A stretch of 63,989 nucleotides of DNA, the filler included, from Phoronis australis (taxonomy: Eukaryota > Animalia > Phoronida), in NCBI GenBank assembly GCA_002633005.1. It is 7 parts of 7 records of this genome, joined end to end, with 100 filler letters (N's around TTAATTAATTAA, not from the genome) between each part and the next. Parts side by side here need not be neighbours in the genome. Positions count along the whole stretch, not along the records: positions 30,071 to 52,105 come from NMRA01001399.1; positions 52,206 to 59,277 come from NMRA01001491.1; positions 59,378 to 61,572 come from NMRA01003800.1; positions 61,673 to 63,989 come from NMRA01003740.1; 3 more parts are not named here. One strand, given 5' to 3'. The notes under the pieces are model-generated. The model saw only the letters and a program-made list of their open reading frames with translations. It did no database searches and was not told the origin of the DNA. Shown here piece by piece: positions 51,351 to 63,989 of the stretch; positions within the stretch are counted from its first letter, which is position 1; the number at the start of each line of letters is the position of its first letter. Both the position numbers and the translations under genes were made by a program.

Positions 51351-54300
51351 CATATCAGAATCGCTGCCATATGTCTCTCCTACCCTGTTACTGATGTCCA
51401 GTTCCAAGACATCGAGTAAAACTCGCTATTGTTCATTGGTGATGTGGTCTACTGTAATCTGCTGAAGCGCCATGAATCTCCAGTATATTTTCTGTCTTCC
51501 GTGGCGGACCTTTACGCATTCCAGTACATGGTGGCTCAAGCTCCCCCGTTATTCATCTATTTAAGAGCTATAAGAATTGTGCATTCGCTGAATTTTGGTA
51601 GTTCCTGCCTTTTTAGTGGACTTAATTTTGTTTTCTATTTTTTCAGAATTTTTGGGTGCGCACATGGAGTGAATAAGTTCTTTTGAAGAGATTGATTTGC
51701 AAACAGTTATGTTGATGCAAACATATTTTGTCACAACAGCACGCCATCTTTTGGCCCCATCACGTCTGAGAAGTTTTCTGCAGATAAATCTGTTCAAGCG
51801 TTAGCAATTTTGACACGCGCAGGTTATTTGACGCCGTGCAATGGAGCTATTCGGTGAATTCTCCTTGCGGTGTCGCTGCTGTACTAGAGGTGATTGAATT
51901 GCACATGCGTGGCTGTCTGCATGTAAACAACTGGTAAAAGATGGAATTTTTATCAAAATATGTCGTCGCGCTAAGCCTTATTACTGCTAATTTCCCTGGT
52001 GCAAATCTTCGACACGTGGCCACAAATTTCCAAAATACCTAAGGTTACTATATTCGTGGACAATTGCGGTCAACAGGGTCAACTAACTGACAAAAAGTGT
52101 GTGGANNNNNNNNNNNNNNNNNNNNNNNNNNNNNNNNNNNNNNNNNNNNTTAATTAATTAANNNNNNNNNNNNNNNNNNNNNNNNNNNNNNNNNNNNNNN
52201 NNNNNGCGAACAAACAAAAAAAAAAAAAAAAAAAAACTTGCTGTCAGAGCAACATACTTGGCGGAAGAATTCCGCCAAGTAATAACCAATCAGATTTTCT
52301 AAAGAAGCAAACAATTACCGAAAATACGCGCATGGGTGTCCTATTTGGCATGTTTTTGGAATTTCCCGGTAGCAAAGACGCCAACACTTTTAGTTAACTG
52401 GAACCGCAAGCAAAGCTCCAGTAAAACTAACTCTCGTAAGCGCGGCATTTTAGCAACAAATGCTAGAGTGCTAGCGCAAATTGCTAGCATTAGAGCCAGT
52501 ATGTGAGGTCAACACATCTACATTATATTCTTATGAATCTGAGAACACTCGAATCTTGCTGTATTTACCCACAATGCCGTAAACATCTGTCAGGCACATT
52601 TGCTGCCTCATTTTCGTGCTATTGACATTTCCAATGTTATTTATTGTTATCTGATTCTTTACAAGTTTTTCTCGGTTGTGTTACTCTATTCGTCCTTCCA
52701 ATGCTAATGAAGTATTAGTGTGCTGTGGGCTGCAACTCTGACGTTAGAAAGTTTGATAAACTGGATGCATGATGTGAAATTCTTCGCCATCTCGACATCA
52801 GTGAGTGACACACAAATGTGCCCGATTTCCAAAACCAGGCCACGTGCTTTCTTATCTCGAGGACAAAGGAGAGTTCGATCCACCTGTAATCCTTATTCAT
52901 GTAGTAACACCCACTCAATTCTTATCTGATGAACTATTTTTCAACCAACATGAACAGAACAATCCTCAAAGTACTGTAATTTATCATTTTCTAATATGAG
53001 CGACAAAGACAATACACAGTGATGCACTGGGTACACACCACATCACATAACAAAAGTGCATTTTACACTCTTCACAATCAAATAGATCATGTCACTAAAG
53101 CAAGGACTGCCTGCCTATCCACCCCAGGCTCCAGTTTAGGCTATCAATGTCACATTTTTAGAAGATAAATGTTACTAAAGTCCTGGCCCAAAGTTCTGCA
53201 AAGTGTAGTCAACACCCTTGCCTACGGTTACTGGGTGAACTGAGGACTCCGCACACCACTGATAACTGATAATTATGAGCCCGGATACCATCCCGGTATA
53301 GTATTTTTAGGACCCATTAAATAAAATGTTAAACGGAGTTCATGAAGTCACGTGTCCAATTATCTTGATAGAATTTTGCCTACACACGTTAAACATGCAG
53401 AGAAAATGTCAAACAGGGCAGTCCGCATACTGAATAAAAGAATTATATGGGAAATGCCATGGAAAGGTAAACACAGACAAAAAAGTTAAAAGGTGACAAC
53501 ATTGATATTCCTGATCACCTCTGAAAGCCCAGACTCTCTTGTTTCAGGGCTCATATTTGAAATTCCTATAGCTTTTGATTTTTTCCTAAACCGACCCATT
53601 TTTGGAGATCACCTGACCCCGATTTTTATGTGTCTTGCTAACTATTGTCATAAATTAGCTACTTTTCTACAATCAAATTTGGGCAATCACAAGAAGCCTA
53701 AACTTTCTAGGAAATATCATTTGACCAGTAGCGCATCATCGACCTCTTGGGGTCAAAGGCCAACTCCTGGATACCATGGTGCCATACATCCGTCACAAAA
53801 AAAATTCTAAAAAGTTTTGTCAACTCAAGTGTTTAAAAAAATAAAGTAATTTCAGATTCTCTTTTAACTTGTTTCTCAATACTGTTAACCTAAATTTTAG
53901 ATCCCAGCGATTATTAGTTAACTCAGAAATCGCGTGACAGATGTACGGAAAATTTGTACATCCGTCACAGCCATGAAATTACAAATTTTCAGCCAATAAA
54001 AATAACCTCATATCTTATTTTAACTTTCTATGCTTGCAGGAGATGGAATTTGTCTCACACCTTAGAACCTAAAACGATTTAATGTTACAAATACAGCCAT
54101 AAAACCAAGAATAGAAGTTTAATACTAGGATTTCAGAGCGCAGTCCGTCACGTACGTCCATCACACCAACTCATCTTACATAGAGTTGTCTAACAAAAAT
54201 TTCTTTATAGAAGATTATCATAAAAAACAGTGTGTTGTACTCCATAAACATTCCACTAATCATGACATATAACAAAAACTGTAACTGAATGCAACTCACA

Positions 54301-54529
54301 GAAAATTAATGTTAATTTTTTTTCAAAAATGCAAATTCTCTGCCTATGTCCGTCATACCCACTTAAAGGCAATTTCCTCAGTCAGATAAAAAATAAATGT
54401 TTATACTGAACGCTATCAATGAGATCTAACAATTGATGTATTATTTATTTTCCTATGATGAAAACTTTTCACAATTGCTCAAAATGTTTCCTGATAGTAT
54501 GTCTGTCACAAGTGGAAATGACCCGATGC

Positions 54530-54757
54530 AAATGTAAATAAACTAAAATTGCCTATAGGCACAGCAGTGGTCAGATCCATCTGAAAATTCTATCATGGCG
54601 TTCCATCCATGAAAGGAACATATCCGCAACATTTCATGAACATAAATCAAGGGGTTTTGGAGATACAGCAGCCGACGCTGGCGCCGGACGGACGCCAAAC
54701 AGACAAATAGAGATGACAGCATAATGCGCTCACATATAATTATGGACACATAAAAAT
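54530..54757 (+). mobile_element. HINE-like element, diverged partial copy
   Basis: Core unit, GGAC repeat and degenerate hairpin. Confidence 0.65.
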
Positions 54758-55105
54758 GCTTCTTTGAACTAGCTTGAGAAAATAACAGCCATTACCCAAT
54801 GTAACATCCAGTACCATTTTTCTTTTCTTTTCCTAAATCATTGATACAATGAAACAATTTCTTCTCCTCATATACTGTATTTTAAAAAATGTTTGAAGAG
54901 AAAAGGAGATTCAGAATTTCTGAACAATTAGTTTTGTCAATACTCAACAGGAAATACATAAGTGTTTTCATCAAGTAGTGTTAAGTTTGCAATAAAAACA
55001 GTTATTTATATTAAAAATGTTAAAAACAATGCTAATGCCTGATGCCTTTCTCCGGTGGTAACAATTTTACTTCGGGCTGCCATGGCAGAAGAGTTTGAGC
55101 ATATG

Positions 55106-57560
55106 TCTTCATCTTCTTCTTGGTTTAAGTGACCACACTCTCTGGAGTATTATGTCACTGTATAACAATGAAGATCAACAAAAACGAGACAACTAATAAC
55201 AGGTTTAAAATGATATACATAGTGGACGTCACTTCAGAGGTCGGTTAACATAGCTAGATCGTTAACAGATAAGGCAGTCAGTAAGCGGGTGCCCCAAATA
55301 GAGGCACCCCACTATGTTACATCAGAAAGGCAGATAGCTTGCTGACAAAGATATCAAGAGAAGGGGTTGATGTAATGCAGTCCGCGACTGTTCTAGGAAA
55401 GAATGTCTTTTTCCAGTAATCAGTCCTCTTAATTGGAATACTTATACTCTCCTCTGTACTTTCTCTACAACTGCAATGTCTTTAGAGGTATAAGGGTTCC
55501 AAACAGTAGAGGCGTATTCCAGGGCTTCATCCAGGATTTCGAACATAGGGTGTCCAAAATGGGTTCCCAATATTCCAGGGCGTCCATGATTCCAACGACG
55601 CATTACCCCCCCNAAAACTGTTGATAAAGACTTTTATGTTTAAATTTACGAAAACAGCCAAAAAGCTTACCAAACAGGTATTACAGATATTACAGATATT
55701 GGTTGAACGATGAGTGCACTGTTTTTGGTCATCTCAAGTCAAATTCTGTTATAAAGTTTATTATATCAACTTCACTAGCTTTATATTCTGTACAATGAGT
55801 CATCAAAGCTGCAGTTACCAACAAAAGAAAAATGCACAGATGATGTGTGGTTCATATTTTGGCAACAGGTGTCACTGCTGCTCCATTTTAGACGCACATA
55901 CAAAAGCATGAAACGGGCGAAAACTCAAACATTTTAAATGGGGATATTCTTGCGGCACATCATATTTTTAAAATAATGACATTTATTTAGCTTTTGGTAT
56001 TTTCAAAAAAAGATGAAGTAGATGAAACTACAGCTCTGAAACACCAGTTTGGAGTTGAGCAAGGTCCGTGTCCCTATATAAAGTACAGAATTGCTGTGGC
56101 ACATGAGTCTACTGAAAGCAGACACTCTGGCAACCAAACACGTGCTTAATGATTGACAGGCCTACCAAATACTTTGAAAATAGTTTGAACATTGCAACAT
56201 TTGAAATACATTGTATACTTCTTTCTGAGGTGAAAGGGCCAACTTCTCTCTTTGATTAACTGGGAGTCTTAGTAATCTTACAATGTGGGTGTCCAAACTG
56301 GTGAAATTCTGATTGACAGGGCGTCCAAATGATACATTGGGCGTCCTTGCCAGGGTGTCTACATTAGTGCTAGGGCGTCCATTTGGACGCCCAGGACGTA
56401 CGCTGCATGAAGGCCTGGCGTATTCTAACTTTTGTCGAACCATTGTTTTAATATGCAAACTCCTTACATAGTTGGCTTATACGCAAGTTTCGCAGAAGAA
56501 ACCCCAGAGTTTTATTTGCTTTCTTCTGGATGTTACTTATTTGGGATGACCATTTGATGTCATGTGAGATGGTAACGCCCAAATATTTAGCCTCCTTGAC
56601 AGCATGTGATTGTGAAGTACATAGGTGGTGGGCTGGATCTGGCATTTTCTGGTCAGGATGAGGGCAGTACACTTGTCTGGGTGGAAAACCATAAGCCACT
56701 TGTCCTTTCACTGAGAAAGACTATCTAAATCTGTCTGCAGAGCCTCTCTGTCAGTGGCTGAGTTAGCAATGTTGTAACAAATTATATAGTCAGCAAATAG
56801 TCTGATTTTACCAGACAGGCCAAGGGGAATATCGTTTATGTATATAATAGGAACAAGCAGGGGCCTAATACTGAGCCTTGGGGTATCTCAGACTCCACAG
56901 GTATAGTTGACGACTTCTCGCCTCTGAGAACTACAGTTTGTTGTCATCCAGTTAGGAAAGTTGTGATCCAGTACTTACCTGATATACCATATCAGTTTAA
57001 CTTGTGGATCAGTAAGGAGTGGTTTACCTTATCGAAAGCTTTACTAAAATCCATAATGAAAGCATCAACACCATTACCTTTCTCAACAACGTGCCCACTA
57101 ATCTCATCAATGAAGCCCAACAGTTGGGTTTCACAAGACATTTTTGAATGGAATCCACGTTGTTCCGGACATATGATGTTATTTGAGTCACAACTTGCTC
57201 TAAAATCGTGTGGACAATTATGTGTTCAAGAATTTTACACACTACACTGGTTAGTGATATAGGTCTGTAGTTCTTAGGTAAGTATTTTTAGAACTCCATT
57301 CTTGAAAGCAGGGGTTACGTTCTTATTTATCCAGTCAGACGGAACATTTATGCCAGACCTAAGAGGGTTAGAACTGGGGCCGGTTCCACTGCATTGCTTT
57401 TAAGAATGAGTGGGTGGATGTTATCAGGACCCATAGACTTACTGAGGTTGAGATCCCTCATTAATTTCTCAGCACAATGTATAGAGATAGATGGTATTTG
57501 GCAAGTAGGATACTGTACGTCACTGACGTCGTCAGTGTCTCGTGGGGGCATCGGGTATAA
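55106..57560 (-). mobile_element. Decayed CR1/L2-group LINE (RT and C-terminus with GAA-repeat tail), interrupted by a hAT MITE
   Basis: Frameshifted motifs: KSMGPDNIHP, CKILEHII, DFSKAFDKV, LFAD, KYLGVTI...KKANKTLGFL, LEYASTVWNPY, FFPRTVAD. The (AAG)n-like tail lies at about 55106-55121. Confidence 0.88.
55520..56417. mobile_element. Non-autonomous hAT-type element (898 bp) nested in the LINE
   Basis: TIRs cagggcttcatccag / ctgcatgaaggcctg (13/15 match); perfect 8-bp TSD GCGTATTC at 55512-55519 and 56418-56425. Confidence 0.88.
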
Positions 57561-59377
57561 AACTCGCCGGAGGTGAAGATTATCTTGGGGCTAAAGGCAT
57601 TTATGGACATTTTATATGAGTAACTGACTATGTTTTTGTTCCACATAACAGTTAGTCTAACACACTGTCACTTTGACTTGACTCATATTCGTCATAACAT
57701 AACGTCGTAAGTCATAACAGGGAAAGTCAGCCGAGTGGCTGACGAGCATACTTACGATATACTCTCTTACGACATTGTGGAAATGTTTTTCTAGCAATTC
57801 AACGTCTATTTCTGGCTCCACTGTTTCACTCGTGCGAATGAAGAAAGGCAGGGCCTCTTCTAACCACTGTAAAATCATCTTGAATGTAGCACTAGTCGGA
57901 ACGATCGCTTTGACGCGTCCGCCATTTTCACTTCATATGAGCTAACCTTTGACCCATTTTTAAATTAGTATGTGCTGCCGACTTTTGGTCGTATTTTTAA
58001 CTGTTCAGGCGATAGGACTCAAGTTCCTTTCCTCTTAGAACCCGACGTTCTCATAGGCGTGAGGAAAGATGGAGTTCACTAAATAGGAACGTCAGCGCCT
58101 GTGCATGCAATCGCGCTTTGCCCAATTCTCCGAGGCAATGATGTTGCCCCCCCCCCCGGCTTATGGTGACAGATCCGCATGCCGAACGGCGACATCATCC
58201 CGTTGCTCCCACTAACTTGTTCGAGTGTATAGCCCAACAACAAGTTGGCCGGGAAGTTTACCCCCGTAGCCAATTAACTCCATTCTGGCGTTGATGGTTG
58301 GAGGGCCTGCGCTCCTTTGTTTGATAATCTCCTATCAGATCGTATNATGCCGAACGGCTACATCATCCCGTTGCTCCCAACTTGTTCGAGTGTATAGCCC
58401 AACAACAAGTTGGGAAGTTTACCCCCCGTAGCCAATTAACTCCATTCTGGCGTTGATGGTTGGAGGGCCTGCGCTCCTTTGTTTGATAATCTCCTATCAG
58501 ATCGTATCTAGCCTGACTTGGGACGGGGCTGATATAAAAATGAAAGTTAAGTTAAGTCAGATATTATCGCACGTTCAGCACCTCTCACGTCTCAGTGGAA
58601 AAGTTTCTGAACGACAGGACGCTGTAATGGCCACTGGTTCTACGGTTGAATTGAATTGAATTTCTGATAATTTACTAAGCACAAGGAATAATTTTCCACT
58701 TTGGAGGACCGAATGGGGATGTTTAAATCAAAGCACCTTCGTGACTGAGGTGAGCGAGGCGGGATTAGCACGCGGCGCACCTTGCACATATAGTTGTCTC
58801 ACTGAATGAAAATGCGGTGCACTTGCATGAGGACACCCTTTGCCTCTTACTTTTAAACCTGAAAAGAATCATACAAGTTGGTAACATATGCTAGAAGAAG
58901 ACCGGCATCATCTGAGCTAATGAGACCACACTATAGTTAACTTACGTTGAAAGTCATTAATGAAATTTTTAAATTGAAAACAAAGAAGAAACCTAGAGTA
59001 GGTCAGCCCGTTATGCACTTTTTTAAAAGTGAAAAATATCTCGTAAAGTAAAGCAAGAAGCTTAGCGCTAAGCGAGCTATGTGTCGGTTACCCTCTGACA
59101 CAGCGCCACCTATACTGAAAAGTACTGAACACTGGGAAATAGTGTACCTAGGTGTAGATGGCCGGTCCGACCATGTTTGGCTGGGTTTCGTGGCCACTAC
59201 ATGAGCTGCGCACCATAGGGGGCTGGGGCTATAGCCTCCACCCCCACTTTTTTCAGAGCTACGCCGCCCATGGGCTANNNNNNNNNNNNNNNNNNNNNNN
59301 NNNNNNNNNNNNNNNNNNNNNTTAATTAATTAANNNNNNNNNNNNNNNNNNNNNNNNNNNNNNNNNNNNNNNNNNNN

Positions 59378-59542
59378 ATGGAATATATGTGCCAAATTTC
59401 ATGAACGTATGTCAAAGGGTTTTGGAGATAGAGCAGCGGACGCCGGACGGACGGACGCCGCCCGGACGGACGGACGGACAGACGGACGGACAGAGATGAC
59501 GGCATAATGCGTCCACATATAAATATGTGGGCGCATAATAAA
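59378..59542 (+). mobile_element. HINE-like element 3' end (cut by gap)
   Basis: Near-identical to 32791-32940. Confidence 0.75.
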
Positions 59543-60059
59543 ATTAGCCTTTTCACTCTGATAAGATCAGAGTACTATGAGACTGATTAGATGAGAATGA
59601 AAGGTTTAATTTGATTTTTGTTTTTAGTCAGCTAACTCAAGGCAAAATACAGGTTTAACTTAAGTTAAAATATAATTATCAAACCAAAGGTATTAACATA
59701 ATTTTGAGAAACAAGAAGCAAAGTTGGAGAAAAAAGATTACAAAAATTACGTTTTCCCTGGTGACTTCTTCAGTCAAAATAGATCATCACTGGTAATGCA
59801 ATGTTCAACAGCACCAGGAATCTAAAATATAAACAGATGTAGCCAACCTAAATGCAGTTACTAATTACAGAAATAGCTATCAGAACGAACCAAACCTTTT
59901 GTGACATTTTATTTATATATCAAACCAACAATTTTTTACTTTGAGCTCTTCCTTCATAAAAGACTTTCACATAAATTACAGTATAATTATTAATCCATTT
60001 CATAGTTGAAAGTTACACCCACAGATGGCGCTTCTCACAGTTAGCATATCAGGATAGAC

Positions 60060-61013
60060 CAGTGGCGGATCTAGGATATCACAAGGGGGGGCCCAACATT
60101 TCGTCCGGCTGTAAGCATTTGCGCAAACTGAACCACGNTGGGAGGGGGGCAAACCCCCCTCCCGCCCAGGAAATTTTTCTGTTTTTACCTCTAAAAATCA
60201 AGGATTTTCCTTGATTTCTGAAGTACTATCCAAGAAAAAAAGGCAAAAAAAAAACGGGGAAGCATCTAGCAGACTCGAACTCACGACCTGGGGCATAACG
60301 CCGGCGCGCGTTACCACTACACCACCACGACCAACTACAAGACTTGTATAAAAAGACCTACTTGTGTATGGTCCACAGCGTTTGCGCGCGAAACCTACTT
60401 CTTTTTGTAATGCTTATTACACATTTTGTGCCATCGATTCTTAACAAATTTGTCGTATTTAAAATAGTCTTCAAATGCCCAAAAGACCAAATCCGTTTTT
60501 CTTGTTGGCAATAATGACGGGATTGCTTTGGAAATCGTCTTAAGATAAGGTTTGACAAAGAGAGTATTGTGAGTTTCTGAGTGATTCACTAAGACTTCGA
60601 TTAAAATTCACATCTTACCAGCAGCTTCTGTTTTTTCATCGCCACTCAGGTTCCATTTTCTTAAAAAATGAAGTTAATGTTCTTCATTGCACAGTGGAGC
60701 AGACGACGGAAACGGAGTCGTAGTGCGCAGCGCCATTGCCGGTCGCCTGGGATATCGCGGGAGAGCCTATACTTAGCCATAGTTCCGTTACGAATGCGCC
60801 GTGTTCCGAATTTGACACTTGAAATTGGATTTGAGCCCCCCTCCCTAACACTAAAAGTGCACACATTTAAATCTTTTTTCATCCGTATAATTTTAATTAC
60901 TGGGGTTAATTAATAAATTCAACATTTCCCTACGCTCTTGCTGTTTTATTTCTTTGCGGCAGCCAAGGGGGGGGGCCCAGGACCCCTGGGCCCCCCCCCT
61001 AAATCCGCCTATG
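60060..61013. mobile_element. hAT-like MITE (~950 bp) with an internal tRNA-like segment
   Basis: TIRs cagtggcggatctagg / cctaaatccgcctatg with G/C-run subterminal tracts; whole-length inverted homologue at 20717-21685. No clean TSD seen. Confidence 0.75.
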
Positions 61014-62743
61014 CAGACTGTACATTACTGATCAACAACATACCTGTGGATACCTCGGTCTTAAACCAGTGGCTATCACTATGCTATCTGCTTGAAGAAT
61101 TTTCTGAAAAAATTCATTCACACCATTAAATACATAAGGGCTGTTCCAGCAAAATCTGTGTGGGAGGGGGGGGGAAGGCAACTGAAATAAAAATTTATGG
61201 GTGGTTGCGTTTGATTTAAATTCAAAATGGCTGGTGGTTGCACTTCAAAAAATAAAAATTTACAGGTCGTTGTTGTTTCATTGGGCCATAAATGTTTGAT
61301 GGTGGGTAATTTTAGTAAATTTTATAAACAGTCCGCACAGAATCAAAAACTGAAACAAAAATGCAACTTGCAAAAAGCTCCGACTTTTTCACTCCCTCCG
61401 ATCTCCTCATCGGCATGCCCATAACACAATTTAACCACAGGTGCCCGAATTTCTCGACGGCTAATAACCATATATAAGAAACATATGTTTTCTTAATAAT
61501 GAATGACGTTAGTGGTGATGGAGGAACAGATAAACTCAAGCGCCTGTGCAGTCAACCACAAGAACAAAAAAANNNNNNNNNNNNNNNNNNNNNNNNNNNN
61601 NNNNNNNNNNNNNNNNTTAATTAATTAANNNNNNNNNNNNNNNNNNNNNNNNNNNNNNNNNNNNNNNNNNNNCTACGCCGTTCAGCCGTCAACAACAACC
61701 ATGAACCTAGTCCGTCGGCAAAACGTGGATATCACTGAAACTTTCCATGTTTGACATTTATATATCAATCCGGCTCAAAAGTGCGCTACGGTTTAGAATT
61801 TTTAGAAGTCCTAGTTTTATTGTACTGTGCCATCAATACTAGACGAATACGACCGCAGTCATTTTTGTTTTACAAAAATGCCTAACGTTATGCGAGTTAA
61901 AATTTTGCGTGGAAACCAAACAAAAAAAATCGGAAATTCCTAACAGCGTTTTGAGGGATATACTAAGGCAAGCTTTCATTTAAAGAAGGTTTTATTAAAA
62001 CGAACTAAAGGGTATTTTTGGAACATGAATGTAGGCTACCTATTTTTTTAAAAATGAAAATTTGATTTAACTGGGCTATCGAATTAAGAGTTGCCAATGA
62101 CGTTAATAACAACTAATGGCACGTAAAAAAGTGTATTTTTGTAATCTTCAAGATCTTTCTTCTCTCAGAAAATGTATACTTGTATTCTTTGATACTGCCT
62201 AGTTAATCTGGTAATTGACTTTGAATTAACCTACATGTAGTAAGGTCCGCCCGCCCTTGTACCCGGTTCACGACCGTACCGGAGGCGCCACGAACCCGAT
62301 AATGAACAGTTGCAACTTTATATGTTACGAAATATTTGTCGCCATTTAGATGGTGCAGTGTTTTTCGTCACCATATATCAAACTGTGTACCATTTCATGG
62401 GCCACGCTGTTGTACTGAGTTTTCTGAATTGAAGTTTTCCAGTTCTCTGTGTGACTCGGGGTTTGAGAGCCCCCCTCGGTGTCAATAAAACCTGTTCTAA
62501 ATGTAATTCCTAACTGTTTTTGGAGAATAGCACAAAAACACGAAACCTACACTATTGCGCAGAAATAAGTACACATTGATGCAAGGCAAACTCCCCTCCT
62601 TAATTGGACATTATGAGATGGCGAACCTGCGGTTTGTAGTGATTGGCTCCTTGACACTGTCCCGCTCCCTACTGTAAACAGCACAGGTGGCGCTAGGCAT
62701 AACTGCTTTTCGTGTCCGCCGTAAGAAGTCTCTGTTAGTCAGC

Positions 62744-62913
62744 ATGGGGAAGTGTCGAGTAACATTGGAGGAAAAACACAGGAAAGGGGTTTTAAGGCAA
62801 CGGCGATTCCGATCGAAGCTACTAAACATTGGGGGCCAGCTGGAACGATGGCGTTACTTAAAGGAATTGTATGACTGCTCAAATGAGGATCTAGCCCGAA
62901 TGCTGATCGACAG
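62744..62913 (+). CDS. Putative first coding exon with an R-x-NIG...RW..LK...LA..L.DR motif (Kolobok-transposase / ZNF653-ZFP91-ZNF692-like N-terminal module)
   Basis: MGKCRVTLEEKHRKGVLRQRRFRSKLLNIGGQLERWRYLKELYDCSNEDLARMLIDR ends at AG|gtagac; inverted CCAAT boxes lie upstream near 62603 and 62642. Confidence 0.55.
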
Positions 62914-63989
62914 GTAGACTTGATTTCTTTGTGGTTGCACTGACAGCTGTGTCCTGTGACGACTGACGGACTCGGTCAGTGTCAGTGTGCCAACTCGTCT
63001 TGCACAGTTCAGACGGCGGTACTGTCTGTGTCAGTGATTTAGTTGAGTGATTGAACGTCAAGAGTACTAAGACTGTGTCTGGCTCTGATTTTCTGCGCTG
63101 GCACTCTTGTCAATCGCTCTTCTGTTTCCTGTATATCTGACTGGTGTCGTGGTGAAAATCATTCATGGGAGCTTATATGTCTTCTTTTCAACTTTAAAGA
63201 GAAGCGGTGAATAAAGTTGCATCACGGTTCACACGTCAGGTACAATCATAAATTTCTTGATCCACAATGGCATTTGTTTGAGTTTCAGATTCGGAACATT
63301 CCGCTCACAGTTACATCTTCTTTCTCCTGCTCTCCAACATCCCTCTTAATGGTACGATGGTTCAATCTCCTCGAAGCTCAGCAGAATAATCTTTCTTATA
63401 AAGATTGTGAGATCAAGGTTCTTGTTTTGCCTTAAATATGTAAAATGAGATGTTGTAATCGCTTGCTACGAAAACATTTCATACAAGCCACTCGATCAAG
63501 ACACTGAAAAACATGCACTAGATGACTACACTCAGTGAACGTGTGACAAAAATGCTTAAAGTAGGTCACAGATTCTCCCACCTAAAAATGCCCAGCATCA
63601 GCTTTTTCAACACAAAACATAACATAACTTGTCTGAGCAGAAATGACACATTGATTTCGGCACAACAGCAACTTTCTTTTAGGCTCTTGTTATTTAAACT
63701 CCAGAGTACCTTCAGAGTCTTTTATACGTTGAATACTTTTTGCTTCTGCAATTTTCCAAAAGCTAAGGATATCTTTACAAACATGGAACAGCAACGCAAA
63801 AACAATAAGTTCATTAAATTAGCATTCGTTTTATCCTCATGTGGTCCAACTATGTAATTTTAACAAGTCAAATTCTGTTAATGACAACTAGATGCCACTG
63901 TCAGGTAACTTTTCAGCAAATACTAAATAGAAATTGAAAAAGTCCAATTCATCTAGTTTAAATCCATAGCAACTTATTGATTTTATAGC

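Noticed and set aside
55070-55145. Exon-like ECGHLNQEEDEDIC segment on the minus strand
   Set aside because: Better explained as the 3' UTR and GAA-repeat tail of the adjacent LINE.
57657-57930. Possible AGXT2 first exon (AAAATGGCG start, gtaaga donor near 57770)
   Set aside because: The first ATG frame stops early, the alternative ORF ends in phase 0 (phase 1 is needed), and it does not resemble a presequence. It may belong to another transcript, but that is unsupported.
58179-58507. About 165-bp tandem duplication
   Set aside because: The copies are separated by a single N and differ by small indels; most likely a contig-overlap or haplotype artefact.

Overview
Repeat-rich, AT-rich animal (invertebrate-like) genomic DNA from a draft scaffold. 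It has six ~100-bp gaps padded with an artificial TTAATTAATTAA linker and one ~1-kb gap. Host genes: (1) a minus-strand AGXT2 (alanine--glyoxylate aminotransferase 2, class-III PLP aminotransferase), of which 12 phase-consistent coding exons were traced (33349-44598), with the first and last coding exons not found; (2) a minus-strand 10-finger C2H2 zinc-finger exon (13933-15086) followed by decayed fingers and preceded by a decayed tandem copy; (3) a putative unannotated spliced plus-strand gene fragment (22798-26500). Most of the rest is transposon-derived. The most striking element is a 1924-bp TTAA-flanked Kolobok-type DNA transposon (48410-50333, 158-bp TIRs) with convergent THAP-transposase and Cys-rich KolX/P2X7-ballast-like ORFs fused by an internal deletion. 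Also present are Helentron-associated (HINE/DINE-1-like) elements whose core repeats carry CTCF-consensus motifs, hAT-type MITEs (one nested in a LINE with an 8-bp TSD, one family carrying a tRNA-like Pol III promoter), and decayed LINE, hAT and Academ-like coding remnants. All homology calls come from motif recognition by eye; no database search was run.
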